Assembly (NCBI GenBank): GCA_047631715.1
Contig: JBLICC010000006.1
Location: 1 to 23,967, forward strand
DNA from: Alteromonas naphthalenivorans
GTDB lineage: Bacteria; Babelota; Babeliae; Babelales; CAIQNR01
Reading direction: 5' to 3'
Length of the DNA stretch: 23,967 nucleotides
Under the pieces are notes generated by a model. That model was not told where the DNA came from. It searched no databases and was given only the letters and a program-made list of their open reading frames with translations. The position numbers and the translations under genes were made by a program. The first letter of the stretch is position 1. Each line of letters begins with the position of its first letter. This document shows, piece after piece, positions 9,968 to 17,267 of the stretch.

Positions 9968-10900
9968 TTATCCTTTAATAAAATTCATTACTCTTTCTTT
10001 AAAAGACTCTTTTGTTTCATGAGAAACATCAACTTCAATAGCTTGCGAAAATTGTTGAAATTGTTTGTTCATTAGTTTTTCAAGCATCCGCCAAAAGGTC
10101 AATTGACGTTTTGCATAATTACGTGTTTTCTTTTGAATAGTAGCAAAAAGAAGTTCTTTATCTTGTTCAGTTCTATCTGTTTCAAAATACGTAATAATAT
10201 CATTATACCCAATTAACTTTTTACGCATTAAAAATTCTTGCCATGGTGTTTGCATAAGTAATTCTACTTCTTTAATCCAACCAGCATCGAACATTATATG
10301 AGTTCTTTGATTAATACGCTCATACAATTGAGTACGTGGTCTATTTAAGAAACATAAAAGTACATCTGCATCTATTGCTTTATACTCTGGCGCACAATCA
10401 GAAGCTTTTATACCTTTGTTAAGTAATACGAGTGCTCGCTCTATACGATACCTATCTTGCTGATATACTTCTTCTGCTCGTTGAGGGTCTCGCTTTTTGA
10501 GTTCTTGCCAAAGATCTTGTGTAGCTTCTTTAGATTCTTCTACCTCAATAGTCTTGTCGCCTTTGGGCATATAAAAAAGTGATTTGATATAAAAACCAGA
10601 TCCACCTACGATTACCGGCAACGATCCCCGGTCCCAAACCTGTTGAACTTTATCAAGTACCATGTTTCGATACTCTACAACAGTACAATCTTTTGGTTCG
10701 ATTAAAACGTCAAAAAGATGATGGGGTATTTCTTCATTCTTCCAATCTGGCTTTGCGGTTCCTATTGCCAGTGGTTCATAAAATTGCCCAACATCGCCGT
10801 TAATGATTTCGATATTTTCGGACTCTCCAAGGCCAAGCGCATATTCAGTTTTGCCTACACCTGTGGGTCCGTAAATAATGATAAGTTTCTTCTGATTCAT
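9968..10900 (-). CDS. miaA: tRNA (adenosine(37)-N6)-dimethylallyltransferase
   Basis: IYGPTGVGKT, IGTAKP, PHHLFD, VGGSGFY and TRNYAKRQLTF. Start moved to ATG 10900 (MNQKKLIII) because the ORF-track TTG at 10945 lies inside the carD terminator. Confidence 0.95.
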   Translation of the reverse strand: MNQKKLIIIYGPTGVGKTEYALGLGESENIEIINGDVGQFYEPLAIGTAKPDWKNEEIPHHLFDVLIEPKDCTVVEYRNMVLDKVQQVWDRGSLPVIVGGSGFYIKSLFYMPKGDKTIEVEESKEATQDLWQELKKRDPQRAEEVYQQDRYRIERALVLLNKGIKASDCAPEYKAIDADVLLCFLNRPRTQLYERINQRTHIMFDAGWIKEVELLMQTPWQEFLMRKKLIGYNDIITYFETDRTEQDKELLFATIQKKTRNYAKRQLTFWRMLEKLMNKQFQQFSQAIEVDVSHETKESFKERVMNFIKG

Positions 10901-10921
10901 GCTTATAAGGATAACACAGTG

Positions 10922-10956
10922 AAAAAAGAAAAGAAGCCGTGACAAGCACGGCTTTT
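10922..10956 (-). terminator. Intrinsic terminator after carD
   Basis: aagccgtg (10934-10941) / cacggctt (10947-10954). The minus strand continues CTTTTCTTTTTT, just past the carD stop. Confidence 0.75.
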
Positions 10957-10961
10957 AAACT

Positions 10962-11498
10962 TTATAAAGATTTTTTTACAAAATTGTCTGAATCTAAACG
11001 TTTAATAAAAATAGACCGAAGACATTCAACTGCCTTATCGGAATCAACTTTATTGGCTGCAGAAATCTCTTCTGCCAAAAGTGCTTCAGTTTTTAAAAGC
11101 AGATTTTTTTCACCAAACGATAATTCTTTAAACCGAGAAATATGTTTAAGATCGCGATAGATTTCTGATATATCTTCTAAAGATCCGGTTTGAAGTTTAT
11201 TTTGATATTCTTTTTTTCTACGATTCCAATTAGTAGCTGTTGGCTCAAATGTTTTAATTCGCTCACTCGGTTGTGCAATTACAGCAAGCATATCATTGAT
11301 TTTACTTACAGAGCTCAATGGACGAACACCAACTTCTTCGAGCTTATCCGAAGGTACCATGATGGTCATGTCTTTGTTTTGAAATTGAAGCTCAAAGAAC
11401 GTAATGTTTTGGCTGGCAACGTTACGAGAAAACACTTTACAAATTGACGCAACTCCGTGACCTGGATAAACGACTTGATCGTTTAAAGAAAATGCCAT
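10962..11498 (-). CDS. carD: CarD/CdnL family RNA polymerase-binding regulator
   Basis: FSLNDQVVYPGHGVASI, GVRPL, NWNRRKKEY and KELSFGEK. ATG 11498 has a GGGGAG SD; the ORF track starts at 11528. Confidence 0.92.
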   Translation of the reverse strand: MAFSLNDQVVYPGHGVASICKVFSRNVASQNITFFELQFQNKDMTIMVPSDKLEEVGVRPLSSVSKINDMLAVIAQPSERIKTFEPTATNWNRRKKEYQNKLQTGSLEDISEIYRDLKHISRFKELSFGEKNLLLKTEALLAEEISAANKVDSDKAVECLRSIFIKRLDSDNFVKKSL

Positions 11499-11559
11499 AT
11501 TAGACTCCCCTTCCAAAGATACTCTCATACCTCAGAAAAGCTCATTCATGCTGTATAAG

Positions 11560-11588
11560 AGTATATCATTATTTACAGTTTTTTTCGA
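11560..11588 (-). promoter_or_regulatory. Putative sigma70 promoter for carD
   Basis: Minus strand reads TCGAAA-N17-TATACT with TG immediately upstream of the -10 (TGA-TATACT). Confidence 0.45.
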
Positions 11589-11675
11589 CCCGCTTATTTT
11601 CTGCTGTTTTAGGCTCTTTTTGCTACCCTCTAAAAAAGAGGTGGCTCGAGGGCCATGATCCAAATGGTGTAAAAG

Positions 11676-11686
11676 TGTGGTATACT
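11676..11686 (+). promoter_or_regulatory. Putative extended -10 promoter for the flippase-like gene
   Basis: TGTG-G-TATACT located 35 nt upstream of ATG 11722. Confidence 0.4.
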
Positions 11687-11721
11687 TCATTTGGTCTCCT
11701 CATGATTTTGAAAGGTAAGAA

Positions 11722-13083
11722 ATGAAAAAGAGCATATACAACATAGCACATAGCTCGCCCCAAAATGAACAAACGAACAGTTCTCTGCTCAATAGGCTGA
11801 ACCAGAAGTTTGTTTCGGCAGTTAAGTGGAACATGGCAGAAACAATCGCCTATCACACACTGTTTATTACGCATCAACTCAGTTTGTTTTCTGCAATCGG
11901 TCCCGAGCTTTATGGAAAAGCTGGCGCCCTTTTTTCTTTTGTATTTTTGTCGGTCACTCTTTTAATCGGAGCACTCGACATTGCCTTAATTCCTTATATA
12001 CAAATTTTTACTGCATCCAAACAGAATTTTAAATTCTTAATCTTTCACTATCTTGCACCTCAAATTATTCTTATGCTCAGTGCTCCACTTTTGCTTTGGA
12101 TTTTTAAAGCCACGGGTTTGGTCACGCGCCTTGACGATTACTCATGGAGCAGTTGCCTACTCGTTGGAATTTTTATTGCCGGACAATCCATACACAAATT
12201 ATTGCGCCGACTTTTGCAACTTATGTTTTTAAACAAATATACTGCCGGAATAGAAGTTGCAACTTTAATAATGTACATGACCCTTTTTTGGTCAGCCTAC
12301 TTTTTGGGTTATACATTTTCTATTCCTCTTATAGTTTTTCCTTATGTTGTTGCTTCTTTTATTACCGTAACCTGTTTTATTTTACTCATTAAAAAACATG
12401 CGCAAGAATTACCAACAACTTCAAACATACCAATGCACATTCATAATTTTAGAACTATACAACTGTGCGGAATAATTAATCAAATTACACGTTCTGTTTT
12501 TAGCAGTAATTTTTTAATCCCGTTATTCGCTCTGCATGCTGGGTTTAAGCAGGCAGGTATTGCAACACTTATAAATTATGGTGCATACACCATGACATTT
12601 TTTGTACAAAAAATATGCGCACCGGCTGCTGCACTTTTTGGTAACGGACAACATTTAACAGAAACACAAAAACAAAATCACTTTTCTAAAAGTTTACAAT
12701 TATTTTTTTCTATCATACTTTTTCTAACTTTAACCTTTGGATTATATGGTTGGACAAATATATTATATTTATCAAACACAACATTGTTATATGCTTGTTT
12801 CTTTTTTCTTGTACATACTCTTGAACATCTATTTACATTGTACGAAAAGTTCTTTGCAGCACAACACAAAGCACTTACACTCACATTATGTAATGTATTA
12901 AGTTGTGTAACCTCTGGATACGCCTTCTACATACTCCATACCAGCCATTTCTTAACAGCTATTTTAGTGAGTTTTGTAGCACGCGCACTTTTGTTTGTTA
13001 TTTTATCTTTCGTTATATTTTCATCTAAAACAAGATCTTTTTTATGGTTTTTTAAAAAACAGCACTCGAAAAGCGCCATCTAG
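11722..13083 (+). CDS. MOP superfamily (Wzx-like) polysaccharide/lipid flippase-like membrane protein
   Basis: 453 aa with about 12 TM segments. KFVSAVKWN, IGPELYG and LD-x-ALIPY match the Wzx-like N-terminal pattern. Confidence 0.65.
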   Translation: MKKSIYNIAHSSPQNEQTNSSLLNRLNQKFVSAVKWNMAETIAYHTLFITHQLSLFSAIGPELYGKAGALFSFVFLSVTLLIGALDIALIPYIQIFTASKQNFKFLIFHYLAPQIILMLSAPLLLWIFKATGLVTRLDDYSWSSCLLVGIFIAGQSIHKLLRRLLQLMFLNKYTAGIEVATLIMYMTLFWSAYFLGYTFSIPLIVFPYVVASFITVTCFILLIKKHAQELPTTSNIPMHIHNFRTIQLCGIINQITRSVFSSNFLIPLFALHAGFKQAGIATLINYGAYTMTFFVQKICAPAAALFGNGQHLTETQKQNHFSKSLQLFFSIILFLTLTFGLYGWTNILYLSNTTLLYACFFFLVHTLEHLFTLYEKFFAAQHKALTLTLCNVLSCVTSGYAFYILHTSHFLTAILVSFVARALLFVILSFVIFSSKTRSFLWFFKKQHSKSAI

Positions 13084-13211
13084 AAGTGCTTTTGAAGGTG
13101 CCTAATGAGAATGGATTTTAAGCAACGTTTTTACAGTATGTTAATGTTTGAATCGAGGAAGTTTATATATTATGAAAATTATATACCAAGTCATAAAAAA
13201 CGAGCTATATA

Positions 13212-13342
13212 CTTCGATACAACCACCTACGGCGGCCACTCAGCATGACTCGATAGAAAGTCTATCACCCTGCCGTGTCCGGCGAAGCTTTATGCGAAGC
13301 CTGGGAGTGATTCCGTTAGGAATTATATCAAAGGGTCGAATG
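13212..13342. repeat. Inverted pair of REP-like repeats (second copy interrupted by a 33-nt insert)
   Basis: cttcgatacaa-ccacctacggcgg-ccactcagcatgactcg (13212-13252) and tcaccct[33 nt]gagtg-attccgttaggaat-tatatcaaagggtcgaatg (13265-13342). Confidence 0.75.
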
Positions 13343-13387
13343 AGTCGATAGGCATTTTAAAAAATATTATTATCGAGGAAAACCTTA

Positions 13388-14662
13388 ATGAATACAAAAA
13401 TTCTTTTAGCAAAATTTTCGAGTGCCCTTCAATGGAACAGTTTCTTTTATGTAATCTATAAAGTTTTTTCTGTTGCATTATCTTTCACATTGTATGGAAC
13501 CCTCTCTACGAGCATGTTTTCGGCCTGGGCCCTTTTACAAAGCATTGTTTTTTTAATTTTATTGTGGCTTGATTGCGGATTCAGAAAATCCATTCCCCGC
13601 TACTGCCCGGAGTTTGCACAACATAAACACACACATAAAACATTTATTGCATTAGTATTAAGCATTCAATCTATTGTTCTACTGCTCGCATTACCAATTT
13701 TATGGTTTGTATTACCAACGTTTATTGCACACAAAAATTTTATTCCATACGCATTAGTAATGTTTGCAATAGGTGGAATCAGTGAGCTTTTTAAAAGTAT
13801 TTATCACGCACATTTTTGGCAAAAACAATTCAACTTATTACAAACCGTGTGCACATTAACCGAGATGATCTGTAACTTTTGGTACATATTTTATGTTGCA
13901 CCATCGGTTACAAACACACAATTAGTAATGTTTTTGTTTACTACTAAAATTGCAGCCAGTTTTGGTATAATAGCAGGATCTCTAGCGCTTTTACCACAGT
14001 TATTTAAAAGTACAAAGTATTTAGAAAAAACAACGGGCACAAAAACAAGTGCGCTTGTAAAGCCCTTCTTAGAGCATTCAATTATGATGTGGGCGACAAC
14101 TAGTATTAAATCGCTATCGGAAAGAAACTTTTTATTTCCTTTTTTAACAAACGCCTTTGGGCCAGCGTTAGCAAACTTGTTTAAGGTTGTGCATGATGGT
14201 GCATTATTTTTCCAACGAATTGCAATTAGAATTTTGGGTTCTGCAGACACTGCGTTGCTCTCTTATGCACTTGTATTAAACAATACACAAACAACCTATC
14301 AACAAGCGTTAATACGTCTTTTTAGAACTATTATTGCGATGATTGTGCCGTTAGCATGTTTAAGCATTGGTGCATTCTTTTTTAAATCATATGCGCTTAT
14401 AAATAACAACATGTTATTGCTCTTTTTTGTAGTAGCATTTGGCTATATGTTTGAAGTTTTATTGTCACCCTATGAGAGAGTTTTAGAAGTAAAAAGGCGC
14501 TATCGACTTCTATGGGTGTCGTATGCGCCTTATGTTGTTGGTCTTACTTTATTACTTGTATGGCCCCTGAGTGTGTCTTTGGTGCAATGGGTCTTCCTTG
14601 TGCATACACTCAGGTTAATTGGCTCACTCTTAATGGCCTATTTTGCTTCTAAATTAAGTTAA
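13388..14662 (+). CDS. MOP superfamily (Wzx-like) flippase-like membrane protein, paralog of 11722..13083
   Basis: 424 aa multi-TM protein. KFSSALQWN, LDCGFRKSIPRY, ERNFLFPF and PYER parallel motifs in the upstream paralog. GAGG SD. Confidence 0.65.
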   Translation: MNTKILLAKFSSALQWNSFFYVIYKVFSVALSFTLYGTLSTSMFSAWALLQSIVFLILLWLDCGFRKSIPRYCPEFAQHKHTHKTFIALVLSIQSIVLLLALPILWFVLPTFIAHKNFIPYALVMFAIGGISELFKSIYHAHFWQKQFNLLQTVCTLTEMICNFWYIFYVAPSVTNTQLVMFLFTTKIAASFGIIAGSLALLPQLFKSTKYLEKTTGTKTSALVKPFLEHSIMMWATTSIKSLSERNFLFPFLTNAFGPALANLFKVVHDGALFFQRIAIRILGSADTALLSYALVLNNTQTTYQQALIRLFRTIIAMIVPLACLSIGAFFFKSYALINNNMLLLFFVVAFGYMFEVLLSPYERVLEVKRRYRLLWVSYAPYVVGLTLLLVWPLSVSLVQWVFLVHTLRLIGSLLMAYFASKLS

Positions 14663-14676
14663 AAGATATACTATTT

Positions 14677-14804
14677 TTCACATACAATTTTATCGTTATA
14701 ACTCAAAAACCACTCGGGATAAACCTATTAATCTATCTATTTAAATAAGACAGTTAACCTGCTCATCCCGAGTGGTTTTTACGAAGTTAAAATTGTATCG
14801 AGGG
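14677..14804. repeat. Inverted pair of REP-like repeats between convergent genes
   Basis: catacaatttt...aaaaaccactcgggat (14681-14720) versus gctcatcccgagtggttttt...aaaattgtatcgaggg (14761-14804). Confidence 0.8.
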
Positions 14805-14818
14805 ACCCTAAAAACTAC

Positions 14819-16024
14819 CTACCCTGCGATGCCACCGTTGCCGTTAGCTGCAATTTGAGTTAGCGGAGGAATGTCGTTTAAAAGTCGTTGAACTCGCCAC
14901 TGATCATCAGCGTTTCCTCCTAACAAGATTGCACCATCTGCTTGTATTTGCATACGATTAATATAATCAGCAGCACCTAAGCTCGTAGTAGGTACATAGG
15001 TACCATTAGTCCCAAAGGAAGTATCTATTAATCCAGTAGTTAATAAGCGTTGCACTCGCCATTCCTCCTCTCCTTCGACTGTAGCATAACCAGCAATAAG
15101 TATTTTGTTATCTACTTGTATCTGCATCGCTAAAATCATATCTTCTGTACCTAAGCTAGGATCGGGAACATAGGTCCCTTCATTCCCAAAGGAAGTGTCT
15201 ATTAATCCAGTAGTTAATAAACGTTGCACTCGCCATTCCTCTTCTCCTTCGACTGTAGCATAACCAGCAATAAGTATCTTGCCATCTGCTTGTATTTGCA
15301 TTGCTTCAATTTTATCACTTGTACCTAAGCTCGTAGTAGGAACATAGGTGCCATTAGTACCAAAGGAAGTGTCTATTAATCCAGTAGTCAATAAGCGTTG
15401 CACTCGCCATTCCTTCTGTCCTCCTACTGTAGCATAACCAGCAATAAGTATTTTGCTATCTACTTGTATCTGCATCGCTAAAATGTTATCACTTGTACCT
15501 AAGCTCGTAGTAGGAACATAGGTGCCTTCATTCCCAAAGGAAGTATCTATTAATCCAGTAGTTAATAAGCGTTGCACTCGCCATTCCTTCTGTCCTCCTA
15601 CTGTAGCATAACCAGCAATAAGTATTTTGCTATCTACTTGTATCTGCATCGCTAAAATGTTATCACTTGTACCTAAGCTCGTAGTAGGAACATAGGTGCC
15701 ATCAGTGCCAAAGGAAGTATCTATTAATCCAGTAGTTAATAAGCGTTGCACTCGCCATTCCCACTGTCCTCCTACTCTAGCATGACCAGCAATAAGTATT
15801 TTGCCATCTGCTTGTATCTGCAAATTACGTATTCTATCAGCAGTACCTAAGTTAGCAATAGGAATATAAGTACCATCGCCTCCACCGAAACTTTTATCTA
15901 AAGTCCCAGCTTTGATTGTTTGATACGTCCATGGGGGTGTGCTTTTGCTATTGATAAGAACGGGGTGTGTGGTGCTGAGAGTGGTGAGTATAAGAGCGAG
16001 AAGTAAACCTTTTATCTTTGTCTT
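14819..16024 (-). CDS. Secreted delta-60-repeat (DUF5122-like) beta-propeller protein; start codon non-canonical or mutated
   Basis: 58-aa repeats QIQxDGKILIAG...VQRLLTTGLIDTSFGxxG. The frame stays open 67 codons upstream of the ORF-track TTG (15823), through a signal peptide (TKIKGLLLALILTTLSTTHP), to an AAG 7 nt after AGGAG. Confidence 0.8.
   Translation of the reverse strand, partial: KTKIKGLLLALILTTLSTTHPVLINSKSTPPWTYQTIKAGTLDKSFGGGDGTYIPIANLGTADRIRNLQIQADGKILIAGHARVGGQWEWRVQRLLTTGLIDTSFGTDGTYVPTTSLGTSDNILAMQIQVDSKILIAGYATVGGQKEWRVQRLLTTGLIDTSFGNEGTYVPTTSLGTSDNILAMQIQVDSKILIAGYATVGGQKEWRVQRLLTTGLIDTSFGTNGTYVPTTSLGTSDKIEAMQIQADGKILIAGYATVEGEEEWRVQRLLTTGLIDTSFGNEGTYVPDPSLGTEDMILAMQIQVDNKILIAGYATVEGEEEWRVQRLLTTGLIDTSFGTNGTYVPTTSLGAADYINRMQIQADGAILLGGNADDQWRVQRLLNDIPPLTQIAANGNGGIAG
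14880..15830 (-). repeat. Intragenic tandem repeat, 174-nt unit, five full copies plus partial copies
   Basis: tgcactcgccattcc recurs every 174 nt (for example 15051 and 15225); copies are nearly identical at the DNA level. Confidence 0.95.
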
Positions 16025-16300
16025 AGTGTGTCTCCTTTTTTACTATGAGCAACAATTATATTAGTTATCACTTAAGCATTTTATAGAGGATAAAACAAGA
16101 TCGCATACAGCAAACGCCTATCAAAAATATCCTCTAAGTAACAGCCGCCGCGTATAACCTTTTAATGATTTTTAACCCCCTGCTAAAATTCCGAGAAACT
16201 AGAACTCGCGCATGAGCAGATATTAAATCACGTACTATTGGTTATGCACGCGTGTGTAGTGGGTGTACGTGCGATTGGTTATCCGTATATGTGAGTACTC

Positions 16301-16575
16301 GGGTAGGTAAGTGGGTAGTAGATGAGTATGGGGTATGAGGGGAGTATGGGTATGGAGTTAGTTAAGAGAGATAAAGAATTAATTAAGATAAGTCCGAGAG
16401 TAGTAAAGAAAGAATAAATAAAGATAAAAACAATTGTGTTTTCTTTCTCTGTCTTGTTTCTTTCTCTTTGTATCGTATCTTTCTTCGTCTCTGTCTTACC
16501 TGTTTCGCTTTGTCTTTGTCTTATATCTCTCTTTGCCTCTGCTTCATATCTTTCTTCTGTTTGTTTTGTTTTGTT
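16301..16575. other. Low-complexity strand-asymmetric tract with a polarity switch
   Basis: 16301-16430 has 2 C in 130 nt, and 16434-16575 has 7 A in 142 nt. The switch is at the palindrome CAATTG (16431-16436). Confidence 0.9.
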
Positions 16576-16613
16576 ATTAAGCATAAGTCCTTATATAAAG
16601 AAAACGGAATCAA

Positions 16614-16709
16614 GCCTCCCCCCCTCGTAGTTTTCCCCCCAAGGGCATAAAGGGGGGGAGGTGCAGATGGAGTGCGGAATCGGCGCTTTTCGCGCCCGGG
16701 GAGCACTCC
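16614..16709. other. Two adjacent GC-rich hairpins
   Basis: cctccccccct (16615-16625) / agggggggagg (16651-16661), then ggagtgc (16669-16675) / gcactcc (16703-16709) enclosing ggcgc/gcgcc. Confidence 0.75.
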
Positions 16710-16719
16710 CTAATATAAA

Positions 16720-17054
16720 TCGCCCTGAGTAACACAAATAAAATGAGTAGTGTATCGAAGGGTAGAACCGATCGAGCACGTGCGCTGGCAATTGTAAGTT
16801 GACCATTACAAGAGCATTATACGACATAAGCTTAGTTAAGAAGCTTCAGGAGCTTAATTATTGTAGTTTATGTAATTATAATTAAAAAACGTACTACCTA
16901 TACAAAATCGAGTCATCCTGAGTGGCACGAATGCAATGAGTGTTGTATCGAAGGATAGTAAAGAACGAGTTCCATACATTCGACCCATTCGATACAATTT
17001 CTACGAAATCACTCAGGGTGACTCACGTTGTTCGTATTCACTCAGTATGACTCG
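16720..17054. repeat. Cluster of REP-like repeats (two forward, one reverse, one partial reverse)
   Basis: tcgccctgagt...tgtatcgaaggg (16720-16762); cgagtcatcctgagtg...tgtatcgaagg (16909-16954); cattcgacccattcgatacaa...tcactcagggtgactc (16977-17024); tcactcagtatgactcg (17038-17054). Confidence 0.8.
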
Positions 17055-17267
17055 CTGAAAGTTACTTAACGGGACTTTCCTCTTTTTCCCTTCCTGAATA
17101 AGGCAATAGTCAACAAAATAAGCTTAAAGAGCACTTTGAATGAAAAAATAAAAGTGACTAAAGGGTTTACCTACCCTTATTAGTTCTCTTTATAATAAAA
17201 TGTTAGTATACTGGACTAATATAATTGTTGAAAACTAAGCTCCATAACTGTAAATCAGGGGACAACG

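Noticed and set aside
10901..10945. ORF-track N-terminal extension of miaA
   Set aside because: It begins at a TTG inside the carD terminator hairpin, and MiaA similarity starts at ATG 10900.
13153..13180. dif-like site (tatata-ttatgaaaatt)
   Set aside because: Only the XerD-like half resembles dif; the XerC arm does not match and the context is AT-rich.
14880..15830. CRISPR array or DGR template/variable repeat
   Set aside because: These are in-frame 174-nt coding repeats with no unique spacers, and no cas or reverse transcriptase gene is in the window.
16084..16136. 9-bp inverted repeat tagaggata/tatcctcta
   Set aside because: Short, with a 35-nt spacer and a single occurrence; not distinguishable from chance.
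16668..16710. tRNA/tmRNA-like end (minus strand CGATTCCGCACTCCA)
   Set aside because: Only about 42 nt, with no D or anticodon arms and no TTCG T-loop; treated as a plain hairpin.
16279..16827. Short ORFs 16279..16584, 16436..16630, 16468..16650, 16521..16706 and 16591..16827
   Set aside because: Mutually overlapping frames kept open by extreme base bias, with no recognisable domain.
17071..17082. gggactttcctc, the reverse complement of the RNase P RNA motif GAGGAAAGTCC
   Set aside because: The required 3' P4 partner (plus-strand taagcccg-like followed by ttctgt) is not found at the expected distance, and the motif lies in a pyrimidine-rich stretch, so it is probably chance.
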